Positions 52,749 to 61,328 of a stretch of 64,000 nucleotides of DNA are shown piece by piece (the stretch's first letter is position 1; the number at the start of each line of letters is the position of its first letter). This DNA comes from a virus, in the IMG/VR virus record IMGVR_UViG_3300028840_002113; one strand, given 5' to 3'. The position numbers were made by a program, and so were the translations under genes. Below the pieces are notes generated by a model. The model did no database searches, was not told the DNA's origin, and worked only from the letters and a program-made list of their open reading frames with translations.

Positions 52749-53060
52749 ATGCCCGGAACGGCATACGAAATCCCCTGGAGCTTCGCGGACGGAGGCGCGA
52801 ACCTTTCCGACGACGAATGGAAAGGCCTCATTCGTGCTCTGCGCTCCATCGTCGAAGACCTCGGTGCGCTCAAGACGGCATTCGACGGCCATCTGCATCG
52901 GGTAGACGGTTCCGCGCTCTCAGCTGCAACCGACATCACGGGCGAACCCGTGACGGGGACCGAGACGGGCTCCCCGACAGGAGGAACCCCGATCGCCGCT
53001 GTCGCCATCGGCACGACGCTCGAAGACGGGTTCGACGATCACCTGGAAATCGGCAAGTAA
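52749..53060 (+). CDS. hypothetical head-associated protein
   Basis: 103-aa ORF directly after the capsid gene. Confidence 0.5.
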   Translation: MPGTAYEIPWSFADGGANLSDDEWKGLIRALRSIVEDLGALKTAFDGHLHRVDGSALSAATDITGEPVTGTETGSPTGGTPIAAVAIGTTLEDGFDDHLEIGK

Positions 53061-53096
53061 GGGGTTTCCCTTCTTGCCTCTTTAAGGAGATAGGTC

Positions 53097-53642
53097 ATGG
53101 CGGAAAAGGATCTCGATAGGAGGGGGAAGGGTAGCGAAGAGGTCGCCTACTTCGTTCCCAAGTTCGCTCAGTCCTACGTCTGCTTCGGCATGATGGGACA
53201 TCACTATTCCTTCGACAAAGCCAATCCGGTCAAGGTGGAGCTTTCCAGCGACATCATCATGTTCCGGAGCAAGGCGGACATCGAGGAATGTGATGCGAAC
53301 GGGAATCCGCTCGCGGAAGAAGAAGGCGTCAAGCCTCTCAGCTACGCCAAGACCGCTCCGCCAGAACCGACTCCTCTCGAACAAAAGGGCAAGTCGGAAG
53401 TCTTGACGACCGACAAACCCAAGAAGAAAACGTCCAAGAAGGAGGAGGACGGCGACAAGGAATCCGCCAAGAAAGAGCAAGGCGGGAAAAAGAAGAAGAA
53501 GTCAGCACCGAAGACATCCAAGAAGGTGAGCGAGCCCGAGCCGGACGAAGACGACGAGGATGAAGACGAGGAAGACGGGGACACCACCGAAATCCTCGGG
53601 CTGAACGTGTCGGCTGACAACGACGAGGACGACGAGGACTAG
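53097..53642 (+). CDS. hypothetical protein with K-rich then D/E-rich tail
   Basis: 181-aa ORF with AAGGAGA upstream. The C-terminal half is a low-complexity charged region. Confidence 0.55.
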   Translation: MAEKDLDRRGKGSEEVAYFVPKFAQSYVCFGMMGHHYSFDKANPVKVELSSDIIMFRSKADIEECDANGNPLAEEEGVKPLSYAKTAPPEPTPLEQKGKSEVLTTDKPKKKTSKKEEDGDKESAKKEQGGKKKKKSAPKTSKKVSEPEPDEDDEDEDEEDGDTTEILGLNVSADNDEDDED

Positions 53643-53670
53643 CTCCAAGTCCAAAACTGAGGGCTGAAAG

Positions 53671-54612
53671 ATGGTGGAATACACGACGATTCACAGGCTT
53701 CGTCAGGAAGGCTTTGCACAAGCCGACCTCCCAGAAGCGGACGCTTTGAGGCTGATCCGGGAAGCCTCCGAAATCTTGTCCGACGTGCTCGGACAATGGT
53801 TCGTTCCTGTACGAAGCCAGAAACGTCTGGACGGGGACGGTTCTTCAATCTGCTACCATCCGAACCGTATCCCCATCCTTGAAGTGATTTCGCTCGAAGA
53901 GGATTATACTGCCGACGTGTCCGGGGATTATATGCCGTCGCGAATGGATATCCTCGTTGGAGGAGCCGATCGTACGTCATTCCCGCCGGACGACTTCGTA
54001 ATCAGGGGTCGGTTCGTAGAACTCCTCTATGCCCGATTCTTTCGTGGTAGAGGGAACGTGGTCCTGGACGCCTATACAGGCTGGATGGATTGGTTTGATC
54101 AGGAGTCCAGGAGCACGACTCTCAGAAAGGTCGAAACCGATATCACGACGGCAATCAATTACGATGGGACGGAGGCGATCGTCACAAGCCTGAACGACTT
54201 CGATCTAAGGGACGTCCTCGTGTTCGAGAAAAACGATACCACGAGGGAGGTCCTTGGTATGGCGATCGTCAACGGAATCGAGACAGGAACGAGCAAGCTG
54301 CAATTCGACAAGCTGAAAACCAAGAACAAACAGCAGCTTCCCATCGGAACGAAGGTCGTCACATTCGGGGCGGTTCCACGTTTAATCGAGCGAGCTACCA
54401 TCTTGATCCTCAAGAAACTCCAGCACAAAATCAACAGTGAAGAGTACGACGAAAGATTGTTTGGGGAAAAGCTGAAAAGCGAGAAGACGGATCGGTACTC
54501 TTACACTCTCTATGGAGGAGCCGACGGTGGAGGCGTCGGCATCACTGGCGACTCACTCGTTGATTCGCAGCTCTCCAAATACACCGAGCCTCCTTATGTG
54601 GATCTATCCTGA
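53671..54612 (+). CDS. hypothetical neck/connector-region protein
   Basis: 313-aa ORF between the head and tail modules. Confidence 0.55.
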   Translation: MVEYTTIHRLRQEGFAQADLPEADALRLIREASEILSDVLGQWFVPVRSQKRLDGDGSSICYHPNRIPILEVISLEEDYTADVSGDYMPSRMDILVGGADRTSFPPDDFVIRGRFVELLYARFFRGRGNVVLDAYTGWMDWFDQESRSTTLRKVETDITTAINYDGTEAIVTSLNDFDLRDVLVFEKNDTTREVLGMAIVNGIETGTSKLQFDKLKTKNKQQLPIGTKVVTFGAVPRLIERATILILKKLQHKINSEEYDERLFGEKLKSEKTDRYSYTLYGGADGGGVGITGDSLVDSQLSKYTEPPYVDLS

Positions 54613-55052
54613 TGCCGATTCCTATGCGAATGAATCCGGTTCCCATCGAACTGGTCCTGATAGCAAAACAGGGTCGGTTCACAGGGAAAGACAAGCCAGC
54701 TATAGATCCAGTCTATAGACGGCCAAGGGGTCGGAAGATATATCATGGGACGAACACAGCTGCAACCCTGAAGATCAATGCCCAGATCGTATACGACAGG
54801 CAAGAAGATAAGGTTCCAACCGAGCTCGGCGATTCGCCTATAACGTCTGGGCATATCACGATGAGGAAGCGTGATTACGATGCCCTGACGAATCCAATAA
54901 TCAAGGGCGACCTCGTCGTGAAGGTTGACGACCACGATATTGATCCACCTTACGAAGTATCTCAGGTTCTTCATGGTGGATATCTTCGTAGGAAGGCGAA
55001 TCTAATGCTTATATACTTCGAGCGAACCCTGGAATTCACAGGGAGTCCATAA
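54612..55052 (+). CDS. hypothetical neck-region protein
   Basis: 146-aa ORF with an ATGA overlap. Confidence 0.55.
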   Translation: MPIPMRMNPVPIELVLIAKQGRFTGKDKPAIDPVYRRPRGRKIYHGTNTAATLKINAQIVYDRQEDKVPTELGDSPITSGHITMRKRDYDALTNPIIKGDLVVKVDDHDIDPPYEVSQVLHGGYLRRKANLMLIYFERTLEFTGSP

Positions 55053-55657
55053 TGAGCCTGATAAAGACAGGCGATTGGGATAAGCTCAACAGATTCCTGA
55101 CCGTTCCTTTGCTGACAAAGACCATAAACAAGTTCGCAGAGGTCGGCACGAAACGGGCAGGTCTACTCGTTGTCAGGAATATTCGGATGAAGATGCGGTC
55201 TGTATCTTCGCCACCGAATTCGCCAATAACGGTTCGCAGAAAAGGAAGTACGAAACCTTGGATAGACGAAGGCGATATGATCAGGGCTGTCACAAGCATT
55301 CATATCGCTCCTCTGCAAATATGGGTCGGCGTTCCAGCTGGTAAGACAGACAGAGAAACTGGAATGTCGCTCGCAAGAATAGCAAGGGTTCTCGAAGGCG
55401 GTGAAATCGGCGCAGAGCCGAAGGCGACTGTTATTAAGCCGAAAGGGGCTCGCGCTCTATTTGTACCGTTGAAGAGAAGGGTTAGACCAAAAGATCCAGG
55501 TCTTGAGTATGGAGAGGACTTCATACTCGTTCAACGTGTTCGAATCAGGCCTCGTCCAGTGATTGGTCCTGCCGTAAAAGAAAGCAAAGAGGCAGTCCTT
55601 AAGATCTACGAGGAATCCGTAGCAGCTGGAATGAGGGCTCTGTTAGGTGTCCGCTGA
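55052..55657 (+). CDS. putative tail-completion / neck protein (HK97 gp10 / Mu G-like)
   Basis: 201 aa. The KPWIDEGDMIRAVTS segment resembles the family's L.dtG.L..si box. Weak call. Confidence 0.35.
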   Translation: MSLIKTGDWDKLNRFLTVPLLTKTINKFAEVGTKRAGLLVVRNIRMKMRSVSSPPNSPITVRRKGSTKPWIDEGDMIRAVTSIHIAPLQIWVGVPAGKTDRETGMSLARIARVLEGGEIGAEPKATVIKPKGARALFVPLKRRVRPKDPGLEYGEDFILVQRVRIRPRPVIGPAVKESKEAVLKIYEESVAAGMRALLGVR

Positions 55658-56940
55658 TGCCGACTCGCTATCTTAGGATCGCAGACATTCAACCGTCCCA
55701 TCTTGTTTGGGATGAGACGAAGGTAGATCTATTCCGTGGAAGATATGCTGTCATTATCCCGACCGACGAGAACGGCGAACCGTCATTCGGTTCGGAAGGA
55801 AAGTATAGGGCATCACAAGAAATTACATTCCCGAATATGATCATAAGGGCATTGACCTCACTATGGTCCTTTGAAGAACACGTTGGATACGAAAAGGACG
55901 AGGATGGGAATGACCTTGGAACGGTAGACTACCAGCTGTCCGTTGATGGTGGAACGGTCTGGCTTTATTGGAACGGTTCATGGACGACGGCAGGGGCAAA
56001 CGATTGGTCCAATGAATATGACGTGCAAGACAATATCGCGTCCCTCATTTTCACGGCAGGGATTAAACAAATCAGGGTCAAGGCAAGATTGAACCCTGAC
56101 TCGGATAACCTGTCCAGTCCTACACTATACGGGATCGCAATCCATCATGAGCTTGATTTCACCCCAGAAGAGGACGTTGTCCGTTCGCTGTTCGCTCATT
56201 TGAATAATATCCTGACGATCGAGACTGAAGTGAAGATCGAGCTTGGAACGAATGCACAATCGTTCAAGCCTCCAATCGATCCTGAGATTATAACCGTTCT
56301 CGGCGTCTGGAACGAAACCAATGACCCTGGACGCCTGACGAATCTATATCTTTCGCTCAACAAAACATTGATCCAGACGAAGGAGACGGGCGAAAAGATA
56401 TACGATCAGCAAATCAATATGACTGCATCACAAACGGCAGGAGATACCATTGTCGCACGTCTTAGGATTCATATCGATCTGTATATCGCCCCTGATGCCG
56501 ATTATATCATCGGCGAGATTCCAAAGATCACAATAGAGGTCGGGGATTTTACCGAGGATATGGATTTCAGAAATGACGGCAAAAAGATTGAAAAGAATAA
56601 GGCAAAGAGTAAAGCCAGGATCAGGAAACAGCCAAAGACATACAGAATGCCCGTCAGGGTCATTTCCTATTCGCCGGATGAATTATTGGCTTCGGAAATC
56701 AACAGAGCGGTCAATAGAGTACTGACCGACAAGCATATCGTTTCTCTCGCAACGTCCGAAGAGCTTAAGATCGTAAACGAAGCGGATGAAGCGAGGGCGA
56801 ATGTAATACGAGAAGACCTATCGGCAAAGATATACGAAGCGTCAATAGTCTTCCAGGATCCAATCCTGGATGGAGAGTACGAAGAGGTCCCGTTAGTAGA
56901 GACGTTCACCACGATCATTGATCAAGGAGGAGCCAGATGA
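55657..56940 (+). CDS. hypothetical structural protein
   Basis: 427-aa ORF with an ATG overlapping the upstream stop. Confidence 0.6.
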   Translation: MPTRYLRIADIQPSHLVWDETKVDLFRGRYAVIIPTDENGEPSFGSEGKYRASQEITFPNMIIRALTSLWSFEEHVGYEKDEDGNDLGTVDYQLSVDGGTVWLYWNGSWTTAGANDWSNEYDVQDNIASLIFTAGIKQIRVKARLNPDSDNLSSPTLYGIAIHHELDFTPEEDVVRSLFAHLNNILTIETEVKIELGTNAQSFKPPIDPEIITVLGVWNETNDPGRLTNLYLSLNKTLIQTKETGEKIYDQQINMTASQTAGDTIVARLRIHIDLYIAPDADYIIGEIPKITIEVGDFTEDMDFRNDGKKIEKNKAKSKARIRKQPKTYRMPVRVISYSPDELLASEINRAVNRVLTDKHIVSLATSEELKIVNEADEARANVIREDLSAKIYEASIVFQDPILDGEYEEVPLVETFTTIIDQGGAR

Positions 56941-57281
56941 AGGTCAGGAACAATACGAACGGCGACCTTCCTCTTACGTTCGTGGACGGTCATACCATCC
57001 ACCTGAGCCGAGGGGAAATCAGCCGGGAATTGGAGGAGGCGGAAATGATCGACCCGTTTTTCGCCAAAGCTCTCCACAACCGAAGGGTCGTTCAATATAC
57101 CGAGCCCGTGAAGCAGGAAGAACCGAAACCTGCTCCCGAGCCGGAACCGGAGCCCGAGCCGATCGCCGTTCCGGAACCCGAAGAAGAGGAGCAGGAAGTG
57201 GAGCAGGAAGAAGCTCCGAAAAAGAAGGGCTCCAAGAAGGGTTCCAAGAAGACGATCCGGCGCGGACGTTCGGAAGAGTAG
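56937..57281 (+). CDS. hypothetical protein with PE-repeat and acidic/basic tail
   Basis: 114 aa, with PAPEPEPEPEPIAVPEPEEEEQEVEQEE followed by KKKGSKKGSKK. Confidence 0.5.
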   Translation: MKVRNNTNGDLPLTFVDGHTIHLSRGEISRELEEAEMIDPFFAKALHNRRVVQYTEPVKQEEPKPAPEPEPEPEPIAVPEPEEEEQEVEQEEAPKKKGSKKGSKKTIRRGRSEE

Positions 57282-57390
57282 ATTCGATCTGCGAGACGGC
57301 ATGGATTGGAGAGATCGGTGATAGTATCGTGGGCTGAGATTAAACGATTGCCCGATAGACTTTGTATAGACCTGAATTGGAGAAGGTAAG

Positions 57391-59679
57391 ATGCCGGAAC
57401 TTCATGTCGGGCTGAACATGGAGGAGCGTTTCGACAATCCTCCAACCATCGAAGGCGTCCCGGTCTCCGTTGGAGGCATGGTCCTTCGAACCAGAAAGGG
57501 GGACACGAACAAAGCGATCTTCGTGACCTCCTGGGAGGAATTCGAGCGGAAGTGCGGATCGTTCTACGGAGGGTTCGTGGGACCGAAGCACGTCCGGGGA
57601 TTCTTCGTGAACGAAGGTCGCTCTCTCTGGCTGTCGCGAGTGCTCAGGCCGGAGGTTTTCGCAACCCTGACGACCGACTCGGGAACGTCGGAAATCGTCT
57701 GGACGGCGAGGCATCCGGGAGCGGAGGGGAACAGCATCCGCATCAAGCTGACCGATCCGGGCGGAGCAAGTCAGCCTCTGGGAGTGACGGTCACGCCGAC
57801 CGTCGGTGGATACGACATCGACGTCTCACTCGCGACCGACGGTGGAAGCGCGATCATCTCAACGGCAGCTCAGGTCGTCGCCGCAGTCAACGCTCACCTC
57901 ACCGCTCTGCAGCTCGTCGTCGCAAGCGGAACAGGAGCTGGCGTCGTGACCGCACAGGGTCCCACGAACCTCGCGTCGGGCTCGGGTCCTGCGACTTCCG
58001 ATTCCTGGGAATTCGATTCCGATCAGGGTTCGCACTCGGTCAAGATCGCAGCTCGAAACCCTGGAGCATGGGGAAACGCTCTGGAGTACACGACGCTCAA
58101 GGCGTCCACGACGCTCGCAGCTGCAGCTTCGGGCGCATCCACCGAGGTCCAGGTCAATTCGATCCGTGATTTCGAGATCGGCGACCTGGCGATCATCGAG
58201 GAAGGCGCGAACCTTCAATGGTTCGTCATCTGGCAGATCGACACGGTCAACAAGAAGCTCAAGTTCAAGTCCAAAAGTCTGGCGTCCTACACGACGGCAG
58301 CTGTGGTCAAGACCGCGACGACCCATGCCTGTTCCACGGTCATCACGTCGGCACTCGCAAGCGGAGCGACTCAGGCGACCCTGAACAATGCCTCGGGAGC
58401 AAGGGTCGGAAGCCTGATCCACATCACCGACGGCACGACCGACGTCAACGTGCTCGTGACGCAGGTTTCGGGGAACGTCATCTTCTTCGCCGCGATCACG
58501 CTCGGCGCACCGATCCCGGCCAATTCACCCGCAACCTCCTTCGAGTTCGATCTCACGGTCCAGGACGATGTCGGCGCATTCGAGACGCATCCGCAGCTCT
58601 CCATGGAACCGACGAACGCCTTGAACTATGTCAACACGAGACTGTCGGGCAAGGCGAACAAGAGCGAGCTCGTGGAAGTCTTGGACCAGAACCCGTCGAA
58701 CAGTCCGGCATTCCTGAACCTGCCGTTCCCCGTGCAGAACGTCGCTCTGGCCTTCGGGCTGGACGGCGAGACGCCTCAGGACTCCGACTACATCGGCGTC
58801 AGCACTCCGGGTTCGGAGACGGGCATCTACAGGTTCAACGGCATCCGGGAAGTCAGCATGATCGCCACTCCCGGAGTCACGTCCAAGCTCGTGGTCGAAA
58901 ACGGGATCGACTACTGCGACGCTCGTCTCCACGCCATGTATATCGCCTCGGTTCCTCAGTCGGTGGATACCGTGGAAGAGGCGATCGAATGGCGGGACTA
59001 CACCATCAACATCTCGTCCATGCGAGGAACGCTCTACTTCCCGTGGATCACCATCCTGGACCCCGAAAGCGAGTACACTCTGGAACAGGATCACTCGCCT
59101 GAAGGATGGGTGATGGGAGTCTGGTCCAGAGTCGCCGCAGACAGGGGGACGCACAAAGCTCCGGCGAACGAAAGGATCAAGGGTCTGGCCGGATTGGTCA
59201 CCGACGACAAGACGGTGGACTGGGACGATGCCTCGCTCCTGCTCAACCCGAGAGGCGTCAACATCATCCGGAACTTCCCGGGATTCGGCATTCGGATCTT
59301 CGGGGCAAGAACCCTGCTCGTGGAGAGCAGACCGCAACAGTTCATCCACGTCATGCGAACGACCATCTTCGTGGAAGAGAGCGTCCTGGGCGACTCGATC
59401 TGGATTCCGTTCGAGCCGAACAACGACGACCTCAGCGAGGACGTCTACGACATGATCCAGGGGTTCCTCTACGACCTCTGGAAGGATGGCGTGTTCGTGC
59501 CTGAGGACAATTCCGATCAGGCGTTCTACGTCTACACAGGGTCGGGAATCAATCCTCAGGCTCAGCGTCAGGGCGGAATCTTCAAGGTGAAGATGGGATT
59601 CAACGTCGTGGGGACGGCCGAAAAGGTCCTGTTCACCGTGACGAACATGAGGGGACAGCGTTCGATCGAGGAACAGTAG
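57391..59679 (+). CDS. contractile tail sheath protein
   Basis: C-terminal sheath signature GTHKAPANERIKG ... NPRGVNIIRNFPGFGIRIFGARTL. 762 aa. Followed by the tube gene. Confidence 0.85.
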   Translation: MPELHVGLNMEERFDNPPTIEGVPVSVGGMVLRTRKGDTNKAIFVTSWEEFERKCGSFYGGFVGPKHVRGFFVNEGRSLWLSRVLRPEVFATLTTDSGTSEIVWTARHPGAEGNSIRIKLTDPGGASQPLGVTVTPTVGGYDIDVSLATDGGSAIISTAAQVVAAVNAHLTALQLVVASGTGAGVVTAQGPTNLASGSGPATSDSWEFDSDQGSHSVKIAARNPGAWGNALEYTTLKASTTLAAAASGASTEVQVNSIRDFEIGDLAIIEEGANLQWFVIWQIDTVNKKLKFKSKSLASYTTAAVVKTATTHACSTVITSALASGATQATLNNASGARVGSLIHITDGTTDVNVLVTQVSGNVIFFAAITLGAPIPANSPATSFEFDLTVQDDVGAFETHPQLSMEPTNALNYVNTRLSGKANKSELVEVLDQNPSNSPAFLNLPFPVQNVALAFGLDGETPQDSDYIGVSTPGSETGIYRFNGIREVSMIATPGVTSKLVVENGIDYCDARLHAMYIASVPQSVDTVEEAIEWRDYTINISSMRGTLYFPWITILDPESEYTLEQDHSPEGWVMGVWSRVAADRGTHKAPANERIKGLAGLVTDDKTVDWDDASLLLNPRGVNIIRNFPGFGIRIFGARTLLVESRPQQFIHVMRTTIFVEESVLGDSIWIPFEPNNDDLSEDVYDMIQGFLYDLWKDGVFVPEDNSDQAFYVYTGSGINPQAQRQGGIFKVKMGFNVVGTAEKVLFTVTNMRGQRSIEEQ

Positions 59680-59745
59680 GAACGGTCGGCGTCGTAGTCC
59701 AAAACCAAAAACTGAAGGACGTTTCCTTTTGAAGGAGGATCGGTC

Positions 59746-60261
59746 ATGCCTCACGTTTTGTCGGTTCCTGGAGCCGGACAGAAGGCCGGACAGCGACTCG
59801 ATCCCTACGTCGGATTTCGCTTTCGCGTTCTCTGCGTCGGGATCAGGTCCTGGAGGGCTGGATTCCGGACGATCGAAGGTCTCGAGGAAGAAAGCGAGGT
59901 CGTGGAGTACCGAGAAGGTACCGACCGAATCACCAAGAAGCTTCCCGGGATCTACAAGGCGACGGAGCTCGTTCTCTCCAGGGGGAAATCGCGGTCGAAC
60001 GACCTGCAAATCTGGAGAGCGCAAGTGGAGCTCGTGCAGAAGCAAGGGCAGTATCCCGCGCTCGCATTCCGCAGAACCCTCAAGATCCAGCTCATGGACG
60101 ACTTCAACAGACGTCTGAAGGGCTGGACCTATTTCGAGTGCTGGCCGAGCAAGCTCAGCCATCCGACGCTCGATGCGGGTTCGTCGGACGTCTGGATGGA
60201 ATCAGCGACCATCCAGAACGAGGGCGGTCTGCCCGATCCGCTGGATCTGCGTCCGGTCTAA
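59746..60261 (+). CDS. tail tube protein (T4 gp19 / TIGR02241-like)
   Basis: FRFRV...GFRTIEGLEEESEVVEYREGTDRITKKLPGIYKATELVLSRG pattern. 171 aa. Directly after the sheath gene. Confidence 0.75.
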   Translation: MPHVLSVPGAGQKAGQRLDPYVGFRFRVLCVGIRSWRAGFRTIEGLEEESEVVEYREGTDRITKKLPGIYKATELVLSRGKSRSNDLQIWRAQVELVQKQGQYPALAFRRTLKIQLMDDFNRRLKGWTYFECWPSKLSHPTLDAGSSDVWMESATIQNEGGLPDPLDLRPV

Positions 60262-60318
60262 GGAAGGACCGGAACTAACATACCGAGACGGTTGACTGTT
60301 GACTGAAAGGAAGAAAAG

Positions 60319-61203
60319 ATGAACGAGGAGCACGGTACGGAAATGGACCAAGGAGCAGAGGAAGAAACCAAAGCTCCCGAGGTCATCCCGGCGTTCAGCA
60401 GCTTGGACGATGAGAAGATCGACTTCGAATTGCCCGTCGGCTCGTGGGATCTGGCCGGAAATTACTACAGGAAGGTTCAGATCAGCGAGCTCGGTCCCAA
60501 GGTGCGAAGGAAAATCGGTAGGCCGGACATCCTCAACCATCCTGGGAAACTGACGACCCATTCTCTTGCTTTGGTGCTCGGATTCCCTCACTACCAGTTC
60601 GCCGACGAAAAGCAAGAGAGGAAGGTCTTGGTTCGGTCCATGTACTCGGCGGACCGTTCCGCTTGCGTTCTCGCAATCAGGAAGGTCACGAAGGGCGAAG
60701 ACTCGGAAATCGTCCAGCGTTCGGAATGCGGTTTCTGTGGGAATCGGGTGGACATCTTCACCGCACCGAGCGAGATCAAGACCGTCCGGATCGAGGACAC
60801 GGGATACAAGAAGGACGACACGCTCAAGGAATGGGTCCTGGTCGTGGAGGCCTTCGGGCATACGGCAAGGCTGAAACTCGCAAGGGGATTCGAGGAAGAG
60901 GGATTGTCGGTGGACCAGATCAGGAACATCAACGATTCCTCGATGGCTGTCCTTGCAGCTTGCACGATCGATTTCGACGGTGATCCCGTGGACTTCGAGT
61001 TCTACGATCGCCTTCGTACGAAGATCAGCGACGCCATCATGGACCAGTTCCTGGACAATCAGCCTGGACCGGATGTCTTCAGTTCGGTGCGATGCAATTC
61101 CTGCAACAGAACGTTCGACTATGGGGTTGACCCGTCGGATTTTTTGCTTCCGAGTGCGGGACAGCGTCGCTTCGGGAGACGTGGAGGGAGATCGCGGAAT
61201 TAG
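60319..61203 (+). CDS. tail assembly chaperone (zero-frame product)
   Basis: 294-aa ORF between the tube and tape-measure genes. Contains a slippery heptamer near its 3' end. Confidence 0.6.
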   Translation: MNEEHGTEMDQGAEEETKAPEVIPAFSSLDDEKIDFELPVGSWDLAGNYYRKVQISELGPKVRRKIGRPDILNHPGKLTTHSLALVLGFPHYQFADEKQERKVLVRSMYSADRSACVLAIRKVTKGEDSEIVQRSECGFCGNRVDIFTAPSEIKTVRIEDTGYKKDDTLKEWVLVVEAFGHTARLKLARGFEEEGLSVDQIRNINDSSMAVLAACTIDFDGDPVDFEFYDRLRTKISDAIMDQFLDNQPGPDVFSSVRCNSCNRTFDYGVDPSDFLLPSAGQRRFGRRGGRSRN

Positions 61204-61328
61204 GTCACATCTACAAAGGATGGTCCTATCGTGAACTCTGGGCGATGACCGATGCCGAGCGGAAGTTCTTCATGGACTATGCCGTTGAACGGTCAGAGGA
61301 AATCGCAAGGCAAATGAAAGAGAAATAG
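60319..61328 (+). CDS. tail assembly chaperone, -1 frameshift-extended product (join 60319..61146, 61146..61328)
   Basis: Follows the conserved two-product chaperone architecture found upstream of tape-measure genes. The extension ends 1 nt before the tape-measure ATG at 61329. Confidence 0.5.
61140..61146 (+). promoter_or_regulatory. -1 programmed ribosomal frameshift slippery site T_TTT_TTG
   Basis: In the zero frame it reads gaT TTT TTG. The -1 frame is open from 61131 to the TAG at 61326-61328 and reads ...WREIAELGHIYKGWSYRELWAMTDAERKFFMDYAVERSEEIARQMKEK. Confidence 0.6.

Noticed and set aside
51357-52898. 513-aa minus-strand ORF and the 472-aa alternative + frame ORF (51701..53119)
   Set aside because: Both overlap the major capsid gene. 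Their translations are Arg/Asp/Gly-rich monotony (DRDPERRPSVRGGDGERVRR..), which is characteristic of off-frame reading of GC-rich codons.
58525-60162. 545-aa minus-strand ORF
   Set aside because: It is antisense to the sheath and tube genes, which have strong family signatures. No independent support.
57340-60318. Short tandem direct repeats upstream of late genes (ATAGAC-N5-ATAGAC before the sheath gene, CCAAAACCAAAA before the tube gene, GTTGACTGTTGACT before the chaperone gene, TCCAAGTCCAA before 53671)
   Set aside because: The repeat units differ from site to site and are only 5-7 nt long, so they are easily produced by chance. There is no shared consensus to support a common regulator site.
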